Assembly: GCF_024223415.1 (NCBI RefSeq)
Contig: NZ_CP100500.1
DNA: 64,000 bases
Source of the DNA: Escherichia coli
GTDB taxonomy: Bacteria > Pseudomonadota > Gammaproteobacteria > Enterobacterales > Enterobacteriaceae
Reading direction: 5' to 3' (one strand)
Position numbers and translations under genes: made by a program. Positions 27,942-37,255 of the stretch are shown here, piece by piece. The notes under the pieces were generated by a model. It had not been told where the DNA came from. It saw nothing but the letters and a program-made list of their open reading frames with translations, and did not search any database. The first letter of the stretch is position 1, and the number at the start of each line of letters is the position of its first letter.

Positions 27942-29332
27942 GCTATACCTCTCTTTTTCATGGCATCGAGCAGGATGTCCTGCACTGTTCGTTTTGAGTT
28001 GCGCCGCTCTATCACCATTTCGTCCATAGTGTCGGCGGCGATAATGTGGTGAATGAACACCGGGCGGTTGTGTCCGGCCTGAATCTGCCGGGTTGGCCCG
28101 ATGCGTTCGATAATTTGTTGGTACTGCTCCAGATTCCACCAGTGCGAGAAAAACACCAGTATGTTTCCGCCGTCCTGCATGTTCAGGCCGTGGCCCGCGC
28201 TGGCTGGGTGTGCAAAGAGAACAGGAATCTTTCCGGAATTCCAGTCGCGCAGTGTCTGTGGATCCTGGTCGAGGTGACGACCGCGAGGGAATGCTTTAAG
28301 CAAGCGTTCAAGATCGTGTTTCCAGTGATAAGCAACCAGCACAGGTGCGCCAGCTGCTTCGGTCAGTATGCTGTCCAGCGCTTGTAGTTTGGTGTCATGC
28401 AGTTCTGACCAACTTCCGGTGTCGTCTGTGTATACTGCGCCACTGGCGATTTGCAGACATTTCAGTGTCTTTGCCGCGGCGTTCGGTGCTTCGATGCCTT
28501 CGCCATTCAGCTCGAGGAACATTTCCTTTTCCATTTCACGATACTGCTGACGGGCCTTCGGCGGCATATCCACGCGGATTACGTTATGGATGGGGTCTTT
28601 GATATCGAACCAGTCGGCCGCATCCAGCGAGAGGGTCACATCGGCTAATGCTCGCTGTATTTCACCCTGTGAGTGAGCAAAAGGCTCCAGTTTAGTCCAG
28701 CTCTGTCCCGGAAACTGTATCGAGTTGAACCAGCGTGAGGTAAACGCACCGTAAGTGCGCCCGAGACGTTGCCCCTGGTCCACAAACCACGATTGTCCCC
28801 ACAAATCTACCAGGCCGTTCGGTGCTGGCGTACCGGTGAGATTTATCCAGCGCCGGACATACTTATGCGCCACTTTGCCCAGCGCCGCTGCGCGCTTACC
28901 ACCACCTCGCAGCCGGAAGGATTTTAGCCGGGTGCTTTCATCCGGAATGACAGTAACGAACGGCCATCGTTCTCCCAATTCCTCAACCAGCCAGACAAGG
29001 TTATCGTAGTTGATGGTGAACACGCTTGCGTTGCTGTTCGCCAGCGCTGCAGAGCGCGCTTTGGCGTTACCAACAATCGGCTGCACCTCAATATTACGCA
29101 GATGCCCCCATTTCAGCGCTTCATCCGGCCATGTGTTTGCTGCAACACGTAGCGGCGCGAGGACCAGCGCGGGGCGTGTTTCTGCCCCTGCCATAAAGAG
29201 ATCTTCCAGCGTAGTGAGCGTTGCCACGGTTTTACCCATCCCCATCCCTGCCCAGATGTTGCCGCGCAGGGTTTCGGTTTCGTGGTTGATGATGAGGTCC
29301 TGGTAAGGGCGAGGCGTGAAAATTTGTCCCAT
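27938..29332 (-). CDS. SNF2/DEAD-like superfamily-2 helicase (phage replication/recombination)
   Basis: 464 aa; Walker A (GMGMGKT), DExx-like box (IPDEST), helicase C-terminal region. Confidence 0.7.
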   Translation of the reverse strand: MGQIFTPRPYQDLIINHETETLRGNIWAGMGMGKTVATLTTLEDLFMAGAETRPALVLAPLRVAANTWPDEALKWGHLRNIEVQPIVGNAKARSAALANSNASVFTINYDNLVWLVEELGERWPFVTVIPDESTRLKSFRLRGGGKRAAALGKVAHKYVRRWINLTGTPAPNGLVDLWGQSWFVDQGQRLGRTYGAFTSRWFNSIQFPGQSWTKLEPFAHSQGEIQRALADVTLSLDAADWFDIKDPIHNVIRVDMPPKARQQYREMEKEMFLELNGEGIEAPNAAAKTLKCLQIASGAVYTDDTGSWSELHDTKLQALDSILTEAAGAPVLVAYHWKHDLERLLKAFPRGRHLDQDPQTLRDWNSGKIPVLFAHPASAGHGLNMQDGGNILVFFSHWWNLEQYQQIIERIGPTRQIQAGHNRPVFIHHIIAADTMDEMVIERRNSKRTVQDILLDAMKKRGIA

Positions 29333-29376
29333 AGTATTTTAGCCAGTAGGGCGCGGGATAATCCCGCGCAAGAATG

Positions 29377-30099
29377 TCAGATTAGATCGGCGTAATAGGT
29401 GAAGTTGCCAAACTGCGGATGCCTCCAGCGCTTGCGGTTACCTTTCGGCGGTGTCGATTCGTTTAACAGCTTTTGAGCTGCTTGTTCGATCGCCGGAAGG
29501 TTAACGAGCAATCCCCGAACACCGGTGTCTGAACGTACCGGTATCCTGGCGAAGCCGATCAATTTCCGGCATGTTGAATCAGATAAACCTGTTTTCCATG
29601 CTGCTTTGCTGACGGGGACATATTCACCTTCAACATGAGATAAATTCGCTGGTGCGGCTGGTTGAGAATAGCCAGTTGCATCAAGACAGGCTTTCATTGT
29701 TGCTTCTGCTACGACGCGAGCAAGCTGGACGATGCCGTCGTTGATCGTAATGCTTGGCGCGGGCGCTGCTGATATTTGAACCTGCTCTTTTTCCCTTTCA
29801 AGTTCTTGCCAGCGGTCAACGATTTGTGCAGTGAATTCAGGACAGAGTTGAGCGACTACAACAATGCTATCGCGTCTGCCTTGTTCTCCTTCAAAGTTAT
29901 ATACTTCATCTTTGACTGTGTGGCCTAAGTTATTGATTCTTTCGATAAACGCCGTTGGCGGTTTTCGTATGATATCGCGCTCGACCAGTCTTTCGATGCT
30001 ACGTTTGACGTCACCCGGACGGCTACCTACCAGATCGGCAATCTCCTTATGGGTCATTGAAAGTTGCTTGGTATCGTTTATCAGTGTTAGAGTATTCAT
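29377..30099 (-). CDS. Rha-family phage regulatory protein
   Basis: 240 aa; N-terminus MNTLTLINDTKQLSMTHKEIADLVGSRPGDVKRSIERLV... typical of Rha. Confidence 0.65.
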   Translation of the reverse strand: MNTLTLINDTKQLSMTHKEIADLVGSRPGDVKRSIERLVERDIIRKPPTAFIERINNLGHTVKDEVYNFEGEQGRRDSIVVVAQLCPEFTAQIVDRWQELEREKEQVQISAAPAPSITINDGIVQLARVVAEATMKACLDATGYSQPAAPANLSHVEGEYVPVSKAAWKTGLSDSTCRKLIGFARIPVRSDTGVRGLLVNLPAIEQAAQKLLNESTPPKGNRKRWRHPQFGNFTYYADLI

Positions 30100-30158
30100 G
30101 CTGTATTCTCCATTCAGTTAAAGACGCGCTGATAGTTACCGCTACCAGTGCGTTTTGT

Positions 30159-30416
30159 TTATTCATCCCACGGCTTGTTTGCAGCCTCCCTTGCGGCCTG
30201 CTGCGCAAAATAAATCAATTCAAAAGCTAACTGTTCTCCTTTTTCCAGCGAACTGAGAAGCCTTGCTGTTTCCAGCATGTCCGCGATATACCCGAAAATA
30301 TCTGCCTGATGTAACTGCGTGATCTTGATAGCCATAGCGTTAACCTCGATGGAACCACTGCGGTCCATTTTAGTAAACCACCGTGGTTTATTGATGTCAA
30401 CACCACCGTGGTGCAT
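30159..30416 (-). CDS. hypothetical phage protein (85 aa)
   Basis: ORF only; divergent from the Arc-like gene across a ~30-bp gap. Confidence 0.4.
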   Translation of the reverse strand: MHHGGVDINKPRWFTKMDRSGSIEVNAMAIKITQLHQADIFGYIADMLETARLLSSLEKGEQLAFELIYFAQQAAREAANKPWDE

Positions 30417-30448
30417 ACTTTGAGAATCGAGTTTATGAGGTAGTTACT

Positions 30449-30763
30449 ATGAGTCGTGAAGATGCGCAGATGAAGATCCGTTTACCTGCGGAACTGAAAG
30501 AATTATTGGAGAATGCAGCCCGTGCTAACGGTCGTTCGTTGAATGCAGAGGTGCTTCAACGCTTAAGATCTTCATTTCCTGCAATAAATAAGCTGGAAAG
30601 CCAGAATACTCATGCGTTTTTATATCTACGACAAGCTGAAGGTATGGGGCTTGGACGCGAAGCTGAATCTTTGCTTAATGAGTGGGGCAAAAATATTGAA
30701 AAAAACACAGAACTCTTAGAAAGACTGCATGAACTCGTAGAAAATCGTTTGGGGAAAAAATAA
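30449..30763 (+). CDS. Arc/MetJ-family ribbon-helix-helix DNA-binding protein
   Basis: 104 aa; N-terminal KIRLPAELKELLENAARANGRSLNAEVLQRL matches the Arc-like RHH pattern. Confidence 0.65.
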   Translation: MSREDAQMKIRLPAELKELLENAARANGRSLNAEVLQRLRSSFPAINKLESQNTHAFLYLRQAEGMGLGREAESLLNEWGKNIEKNTELLERLHELVENRLGKK

Positions 30764-30918
30764 TGTACCGTAACGAAATTGTTACTTAAGGTCTTTAGCT
30801 AGCCTGAATAATATTTCTGCATTTACTGAACGCATATTTTTCTTTGCTGTTTTCTTTAACTCCTCCGCTAATGCGCGGGGGATCCGTAATTTAAACTGTA
30901 AGTGCTCATCTGATTTTT

Positions 30919-31188
30919 TCACAATATCCCCTCCAGATTTTTGCTATCCAGCACCACCACGGTAAAGCCCAGTTTTCGCAGACGTTCATGTTCGCGCAAC
31001 TGGTCAGGTCGTGGTGGTTTGCCTGGCGCTTTGCATTCGACAAAGACGATGCGACCGCCGGGTAGCAGGACAATGCGATCCGGTACCGAGCGGCGACCGG
31101 GAGATACGAACTTAAAGGCCACACCGCCAGCTTTTTTCACTTCAGCGACGAGGTGCTTTTCGATAAGGCTTTCACGTTCACAGGCCAT
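30919..31188 (-). CDS. VRR-NUC domain nuclease
   Basis: 89 aa; HLVAEVKKAGG...RIVLLPGGRIVFVECKAPGKPPRPDQ...KLGFTVVVLD matches the VRR-NUC PD-(D/E)xK pattern. Confidence 0.65.
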   Translation of the reverse strand: MACERESLIEKHLVAEVKKAGGVAFKFVSPGRRSVPDRIVLLPGGRIVFVECKAPGKPPRPDQLREHERLRKLGFTVVVLDSKNLEGIL

Positions 31189-31399
31189 CGTCTGCCACCT
31201 TACGTTTTTCGCGTATGTTCTGCATCAGGCAAAAATCAGATCTGCGCTCACTCCATTCCTGATTGAGCGCGTTACGTGACTGGCGGTTGGCTTTGGCCCA
31301 GACCTTTGCTGCCCGATCGTACGCGCCGGACTGCTCAAGGCACAAAGCCTCCCGTGCAGTCTGGTAATAAAGTGGACTGTCCCGGTATTTAAATGACAT
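31178..31399 (-). CDS. hypothetical small phage protein (73 aa)
   Basis: ORF in operon context; overlaps VRR-NUC gene start. Confidence 0.4.
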   Translation of the reverse strand: MSFKYRDSPLYYQTAREALCLEQSGAYDRAAKVWAKANRQSRNALNQEWSERRSDFCLMQNIREKRKVADDGL

Positions 31400-31410
31400 A
31401 TATTTCGATT

Positions 31411-31898
31411 CCTGTAAAAAGCCCCTGACAGTGCAGGGGCGGGATTGATTTGAATTAACGAGGTAAGGCTGGTGGAATGTATTTGCCGATGCGGTCTTCT
31501 ATCGTTGGCAGAATACACATGCTGTCGTTAAAGCGATCGTGCAGTTTGTAGACCAGTTTCGAATCAGCCATTTCAAGCGCTGGCATTAACTGAGTCTGCC
31601 AGATTTCGTTGATGCGCCGGAAGTTATGACAGATCGCACGAAGATTATTAATGAACATTTCCTTCTCTGCGTCAGTGACTTCTGTTTGTGTTTTCTGAAT
31701 ACGCTTTGTGCTGCCGTTCCGGTAAAAGCGTTCCTGCGCAGCGACAGCCTCATCCACAGTCGGATAACAGCCAACGTATACGTTTTTCTCGCCGTCCCAT
31801 GCATAAGCCCGGTACGGATTGTATTTGCTCCGGTGATGGTAAATCATCTTCGGCAGACATTCCCTGTGCGGCGCCAGTATCGTGGAGGACTGCGGAAC
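31411..31898. repeat. ~490-bp direct repeat, copy A (3' part of BRO-N gene + its terminator)
   Basis: Near-identical to 35504..35990 at DNA and protein level (C-terminal 147 aa plus downstream hairpin gcccctgacagtgcaggggc). Confidence 0.85.
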
Positions 31899-32231
31899 GG
31901 CGGTATCTTTCTCGATAAGGTCAAGCACCCAGCGACGAAATTCTTTGGCTACCGGAGTCGTTGCGAATATTGCTACCAGGTGGGCACCGCGCAGGGAGAA
32001 AACTCGCACATCTTTTTCACGTAAGCTATTGTTTATTCCGTTGAACCTCATTTTGAGGTTGATTGACATACCCGGGGTAAACTCATCTGCGTTGCGGTTG
32101 TATATCTGGGTGATTTTATCGCCGCGCGAATACCCCAGCGCAGTAGCCAGCGTTGCGGCGGTGAACCACTGCCTGCCGTTGTGTTCGGTAGTTTCGAGAA
32201 CGTGAGATTTGAATACGAGTTGGGTACTCAT
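31455..32231 (-). CDS. BRO-N domain antirepressor-like protein with C-terminal AP2-like DNA-binding module
   Basis: ORF 31455..32393; probable start at Met55 (MSTQLVFKSHVLETTEHNGRQWFTAATLATALGY..., BRO-N-like). C-terminal ~147 aa (YRAYAWDGEKNVYVGCYPTVDEAVAAQERF, AP2-like) is nearly identical to the C-terminus of ORF 35547..36311. Confidence 0.65.
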   Translation of the reverse strand: MSTQLVFKSHVLETTEHNGRQWFTAATLATALGYSRGDKITQIYNRNADEFTPGMSINLKMRFNGINNSLREKDVRVFSLRGAHLVAIFATTPVAKEFRRWVLDLIEKDTAVPQSSTILAPHRECLPKMIYHHRSKYNPYRAYAWDGEKNVYVGCYPTVDEAVAAQERFYRNGSTKRIQKTQTEVTDAEKEMFINNLRAICHNFRRINEIWQTQLMPALEMADSKLVYKLHDRFNDSMCILPTIEDRIGKYIPPALPR

Positions 32232-32498
32232 AGTTTTATGTCCTTTGCAATATTTTGAATTCACCCCTTTTGAGAGGGCGGTCAGGCGCTCAAAACCGTG
32301 CAAAGTCGGCGGGCGTATTTCCCTTACGGGTATTGTATTAGCCTCACGCCCGACCATTGAATTCTCAATATCGTGGACATAAAAAATCCGCATGTCTGTC
32401 GGGTGCGGTTTCCGCTTTGCAAGGTGTTTTGAGCACCATGACGCGGAATATAGCCCCGTTAACGCGACATTGTCAAACTGAAGAATTTTACGGATAGC

Positions 32499-32540
32499 AA
32501 AAACCCCCGAACTGGTGAGGAACAGGGGTTTTTACTTTAC
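32499..32540. terminator. hairpin terminator downstream of the TIR-like gene; ~40-nt near-identical copy of the host acpS terminator
   Basis: aaaacccccgaactggtgaggaacaggggtttt versus 25203..25235 aaaacccccgaactggtaaggaacgggggtttt; stem and loop both conserved. Confidence 0.6.
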
Positions 32541-32613
32541 TACTGATTTCGCGGTACGCTGATCTCAAACAGACGAGATTATCACCAGACTTGTAAAGTA
32601 AGCAATGGGCGGA

Positions 32614-33357
32614 TTAAGATGAAGCGTTCGCTATCTGAGCGTCGCTGAATGTGAAACCCGCCTGTTTAAGACGCTGGATTAAGCGGGGTACTGTCTCCCG
32701 AACATGGTCATTAAAGTTGAGATAAAGAATACCGGCGGCATCAGAAGGCTGCTCAAGGTGTTGTTTCTGCAGGATGACCACGTTACTGCGACCGAGTGAA
32801 GATAACAGCATCCCCATTTCTAAAACTACGTTTTGGCGTGCCCTGGGCTGGGCTGCTTCCTGGCCGTCTCTTTTGGCGTATCCCACATCATCGGGAGTGA
32901 GGAGAACAATGCCGAAACGCGTCGCTGTCCGTCCCTGACCAATTTCACGTTCAAGCTCTTCAATTATCGTAAGCCCGGTCCCACCGGTATTCTGCAAAAT
33001 AAAATGGTCAGGTAATCCAAGCTTATGAAGAATAAGTTCAAGCTGCTCTTTTGCTACATGATCGTGACCGTGAACGATGAAAATCTTTTTTGCTGGTTCT
33101 TGCATCATGACTGGAGCGTTACCCAGGTGTTCATTAATAATGGCTTCAACCTCAGGTTTTGCCGCTTGTGAACCCTGAATCAAAATCGTTCCGGTGTGGT
33201 AAAGCGTTATGATGGCACCATTACTTAAACGATAACAATCATGACCGGTTTTGTTTTCTTCTCCGGTAACATCAAATCCGGATTCGACTAAAAATTGACG
33301 AAAAGTATCGACAGCGTATGGGTATTTGAGTGCCATTTCATTGAGTTCCTGCATCAT
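32614..33357 (-). CDS. TIR-like domain protein (resembles the 'predicted nucleotide-binding protein containing TIR-like domain' family) with ~80-aa N-terminal domain of unknown function; candidate defence/abortive-infection effector
   Basis: 247 aa. C-terminal region has KIFIVHGHDH...GIVLLTPDD...QPRARQNVVLEMGMLLSSLGRSNVVIL, which I recognise as the signature of bacterial TIR-like (CAP12/Pycsar-effector-type) domains. From memory, not HMM-verified. Confidence 0.5.
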   Translation of the reverse strand: MMQELNEMALKYPYAVDTFRQFLVESGFDVTGEENKTGHDCYRLSNGAIITLYHTGTILIQGSQAAKPEVEAIINEHLGNAPVMMQEPAKKIFIVHGHDHVAKEQLELILHKLGLPDHFILQNTGGTGLTIIEELEREIGQGRTATRFGIVLLTPDDVGYAKRDGQEAAQPRARQNVVLEMGMLLSSLGRSNVVILQKQHLEQPSDAAGILYLNFNDHVRETVPRLIQRLKQAGFTFSDAQIANASS

Positions 33358-33410
33358 TGTGTTCCTGTAAAGTAAGCAATAGTTAACAAAGTTGCAACGA
33401 CAACGATCAC

Positions 33411-35477
33411 CTAATCTTTTCTGTAACGGTACGCCTCGAATCCTCCGGCGTTTAGTGGAATGCTCGTGGCCCAGTCAGGAACGGTTGCCAGTAACTGGCT
33501 GAGATGTTCTGCTGAGTAATCGGGTGAGTCAGGGGCCTCACTTATAATTTCATCGTGTACCGTCAGCACAATGCTGTAACCGGCATCTTCGATAAGCGGC
33601 ATGTTTCCGGCCAGAACGTCGCGGGCGGCCGCCTGGGTGACGTTCTCCACCAGCTTTCCGCCGTAGGTTTTGAGTCGTTGCCATTTACGCGAATAAGAGT
33701 TAACACCCATATAGGTGATATCCCCTTTTTCGATAACCGGAGACGGGTAGCATACAGCGCGTCCGGATGGTAGCTGTATGCGCAGCCACGCGCCATCGCG
33801 GCGGATTTTAAGATAACCGCAATACAATGTTTTTTGCGGTGTGGCGATTGCAGTGCGGACGGTGCGCTCCAGTTCGTACCAGAAATCGCAGGTCGCCGGG
33901 TGCGCCCTGCGCCACAGGCGCTTGAGCGAGTCACATGCGATGAATACACGCTCGGACAGGCCAAAGGTCGACTTACGTTTAACCGATTCGTCGTACCAGC
34001 TTTTCGCCTCGCGGATAACATCGCGGGGAATGTTTGGCAGTGCGGCGTTCGCCAGCTCGTCGAGATCGAGACCGTAAACCAGAGCAAAAGTGATGAAAGC
34101 CGATACACCACCTCCATAACCCAGACCGAGTTCCATGACTTTACCGATCTGACGCATGTGTTTATCAACATCATCTGGTGCAATATCGAAAGCTTTTGCA
34201 TACGCCAGTTTATATAAGTCCGGACCCGTTCCGGCGTCGTACTCTCTGAATGCATTCAGTTTCCATTCTTCTCCCGCCAGCCATGCCAGCATACGGCCTT
34301 CAATGTTCGACAAGTCACTTACCACCAGTTTTTTGCCTGTTGGCGCGATAATGCAGCCACGTAACGCTGAACTGGTTAGTTCCATGATATTGTCAAACAG
34401 CAGGTCTGCACATCCGGCTTTCAGTGCTTCGATGCCTTCGTCTATTTGTTCCTGTTTTAGTGAAGGGCGGGGAAGGTTCTGGGGCTGGAATAGCCGTCCG
34501 GCCCAACGACCGGTACGTGACGCCCCGCAGAACTGTAGCGTACCGCGTAAGCGCCCGTCGTGGCTTACGCCTTTCATCAGTGCCTTGTATTTACTGGTGC
34601 TGGTAGTACTGGCCTGCAGGCGGATAGCCAGCAGTTCTTTCACGGCAGATGGTAAATTGGGGTCGGCAATACGACGTTCCAGAGTACTGCGTTGCATGTC
34701 TGGTAGCTCCACACCGTAGGATTCAACAATGTGCTTAATCAACGCGTCCCGTTGTGTGGCTGCCTGCACTTCGCCATCAGTCATTTCCTGTGTACGCTTT
34801 GCCAGGCGCTTTTGCTCCTGGTCTACCGCTTCGATCGCAGCGCGCGCGAGTTGAATGTCCATGCAGACGCCCCGGTCGTTGATCTGCTGATCACGATGCC
34901 AGAGTGCCAGTTCTGTCCCCTGATAATTCCACTTCGGCAGACGTTTATAGACTTCGCGCATTGCCTCGATATCCAGTCCGGCGTAAGCAACAAAGCGCCG
35001 CCATTCTTCCGGGTGGGTTTTGCTGGTGGCCCGGCGCAGTTTGCTGTTTTTCGGGCGTGGTTTGCACAGTAGCTGAATTAGTGACTTGCCTTCTTTATCC
35101 TTCGCTTTGTCCTGCGGGACGCCCAGCACTTCGCAAAGAGCGCCCAGCGCCCCCGGAAGACCATGCGCCAGCGCCTGCACCATTGTGTCGCGCCAGCGTT
35201 CAGTAGCTGGTGACATGTCTGGCATACAATGACGAAGTATCGTGCGGTCAAAGTGCGAATTGTGCGCCCAAACCTCCACATCCGGGTTTTTGAGTGCGAG
35301 ACGTAATTCCGGGGGGATTTTTTCGCCTGCGGTCAGGTCCCACACCTGCACGGGATCGTTATTGATGGCCCAGGCAAAAAGCATAATTTCAGCGCCTTCT
35401 GCATATGCGTGGGTACCGTTTTTTATCGGTATTTCAGAGAAGGTTTCAAGATCGAGCCAGAGAATGTTTGCAGGCAA
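33411..35477 (-). CDS. family A DNA polymerase with 3'-5' exonuclease domain (phage-type)
   Basis: 688 aa; Exo I motif (LDLETFS), exo motif YAGLDI, polymerase motif B-like ([16 protein letters not shown]), motif C (TVHDEII). Confidence 0.8.
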   Translation of the reverse strand: MPANILWLDLETFSEIPIKNGTHAYAEGAEIMLFAWAINNDPVQVWDLTAGEKIPPELRLALKNPDVEVWAHNSHFDRTILRHCMPDMSPATERWRDTMVQALAHGLPGALGALCEVLGVPQDKAKDKEGKSLIQLLCKPRPKNSKLRRATSKTHPEEWRRFVAYAGLDIEAMREVYKRLPKWNYQGTELALWHRDQQINDRGVCMDIQLARAAIEAVDQEQKRLAKRTQEMTDGEVQAATQRDALIKHIVESYGVELPDMQRSTLERRIADPNLPSAVKELLAIRLQASTTSTSKYKALMKGVSHDGRLRGTLQFCGASRTGRWAGRLFQPQNLPRPSLKQEQIDEGIEALKAGCADLLFDNIMELTSSALRGCIIAPTGKKLVVSDLSNIEGRMLAWLAGEEWKLNAFREYDAGTGPDLYKLAYAKAFDIAPDDVDKHMRQIGKVMELGLGYGGGVSAFITFALVYGLDLDELANAALPNIPRDVIREAKSWYDESVKRKSTFGLSERVFIACDSLKRLWRRAHPATCDFWYELERTVRTAIATPQKTLYCGYLKIRRDGAWLRIQLPSGRAVCYPSPVIEKGDITYMGVNSYSRKWQRLKTYGGKLVENVTQAAARDVLAGNMPLIEDAGYSIVLTVHDEIISEAPDSPDYSAEHLSQLLATVPDWATSIPLNAGGFEAYRYRKD

Positions 35478-35503
35478 AACAGGACCCTCCGTAAATTAAA
35501 CGG

Positions 35504-35990
35504 CTACAAAAAGCCCCTGACAGTGCAGGGGCGGGATTGATTTGAATTAACGAGGTAAGGCTGGTGGAATGTATCTGCCGATGCGGTCTTCTATGGTCGG
35601 CAGAATGCACATGCTGTCGCTGAAGCGGTCATGCAACTGGTAAACCAGTTTAGAATCCATTTTTTCGAGAGCAGGCATTAACTGCGCCCGCCAGATTTCG
35701 TTGATGCGCCGGAAGTTATGACAGACGGCGCGGAGATTGTTGATGAACATTTCCTTCTCTGCGTCAGTGACTTCTGTCTGTGTTTTCTGAATACGCTTTG
35801 TGCTGCCATTCCGATAGAAGCGTTCCTGAGCAGCAACAGCCTCATCCACGGTTGGATAGCACCCTACGTAAACGCTCTTCTCTCCGTTCCATGCGTAGGC
35901 TCTGTACGGGTTGTATTTGCTCCGGTGATGGTAAACCATCTTCGGCAGACACTCCCTGTGTGGCGCCAGTATCGTGGAGGATTGCTGGTG
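35504..35990. repeat. ~490-bp direct repeat, copy B (3' part of AntA-type gene + its terminator)
   Basis: See copy A. Confidence 0.85.
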
Positions 35991-36311
35991 CAGTTTGCGT
36001 TCGCACTCGATGAAGTATCGGCGGATCTGGCGGCCTTTTTCGTTGCGCTCCACCATCGCCAGTTCTTTGGCCGTGTCGAGGGTGAGGTGGTAGTCCTTAC
36101 AAAGAACATTTTTACGCTTTCCAGTTTTGGAAAACGTTACGATATAATCCTGATTTTCAACGAATTCATAGTCTGCAATTCGTGATGTAATCCACGCTGC
36201 AAACACTTTCCCTACCCCAAGGAATGCGTGCAGATCGCGAGCATTGCAGAGCAGGGTGGTTTCGTTGGCGATAGCGCCGTTGAAAACGGGGATGAGTTGA
36301 GTTGCCATCAC
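35547..36311 (-). CDS. AntA-type antirepressor-like protein with C-terminal AP2-like module (paralogue of 31455..32231)
   Basis: 254 aa; distinct N-terminal domain (NARDLHAFLGVGKVFAAWITSRI...) fused to the same ~147-aa C-terminal module as the BRO-N protein. Confidence 0.65.
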   Translation of the reverse strand: MMATQLIPVFNGAIANETTLLCNARDLHAFLGVGKVFAAWITSRIADYEFVENQDYIVTFSKTGKRKNVLCKDYHLTLDTAKELAMVERNEKGRQIRRYFIECERKLHQQSSTILAPHRECLPKMVYHHRSKYNPYRAYAWNGEKSVYVGCYPTVDEAVAAQERFYRNGSTKRIQKTQTEVTDAEKEMFINNLRAVCHNFRRINEIWRAQLMPALEKMDSKLVYQLHDRFSDSMCILPTIEDRIGRYIPPALPR

Positions 36312-36691
36312 AGTTACCTCTAACGGTGAAATTCACCGCCACCACTGAGTTGCAAATCTCATATGGGTGGCGAACTGACGAGGTTTGCAATACCGGCGTT
36401 AGAGGAAACCGGCGCGCCGAAGCGCCCCCGCCAGCCCGCCATAATGCGAACGTGGCAAAGCTTGCGACAATAAAAAAGACGCTGGCGCGTCTGGTGTCGC
36501 CCCTAACAATTCCGGGTTGCAAATCCCGATCTCCATTTGGGAGATTCGGTGAGCATAAACCGGAAGGGGGCGATGAGTCAATATCGGGGTAGCAGGGCGA
36601 CTGGGTGCTAACCAGAACAATACAGGTAGCTCCGGGCATATTCCCCTTTGCAAAAACACCCGGCGTTTAACCGGGCGTCTGTGAAGCAGGA

Positions 36692-37240
36692 TTAAATCAG
36701 TGCTTCAGCATCAGCACCTTCGCTGATATCGTCGAAATCGTCAGCGCTTGCCACTCCGCCGCCAGCGAATGCATCGCCGTCTCGCAGGAACTGGACTCCG
36801 CCGAGTGAGGCATTAATGCGTTTACCGAAATTATTGTCCTGTGCCCAGATATCGATAACGGCGTTTACATAGCACCCTGCATAGGGACGTCCATCAGCCT
36901 GAGTAAGTGGCGAACGATCGCGATCAAGAACAGCCGGGCGCGCTTTGTTAGCAGCATTCAGGAAGAAATTACCGGGGAAACCTTCATACTCTGCTTTTTC
37001 ATCGCCGTCATGCAGGCACAGATTGAGTTTCTTCTCCAGTTGGTTATAAACAGCCTCCCACTTCTCTCCCCATTTTTCCTTTGCGACCTGCTTCATTGCT
37101 TTACGGATTTCTTCCAGTTGTGGGTGTTCGGGAGACATTAAAAATACAGCGGAGAAACGCGGATCGCCTTCGCCGTTTACAGTTTTAGCTTCAAACAGCG
37201 CAGGAAAAGCCAGACGAACATTGTTCAGCTTCAGTTTCAT
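36692..37240 (-). CDS. phage single-stranded DNA-binding protein (DUF2815-like)
   Basis: 182 aa; MKLKLNNVRLAFPALFEAKTVNGEGDPRFSAVF... pattern typical of phage SSB of this family; acidic C-terminal tail. Confidence 0.6.
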   Translation of the reverse strand: MKLKLNNVRLAFPALFEAKTVNGEGDPRFSAVFLMSPEHPQLEEIRKAMKQVAKEKWGEKWEAVYNQLEKKLNLCLHDGDEKAEYEGFPGNFFLNAANKARPAVLDRDRSPLTQADGRPYAGCYVNAVIDIWAQDNNFGKRINASLGGVQFLRDGDAFAGGGVASADDFDDISEGADAEALI

Positions 37241-37255
37241 TATATGTCTCCTTAA

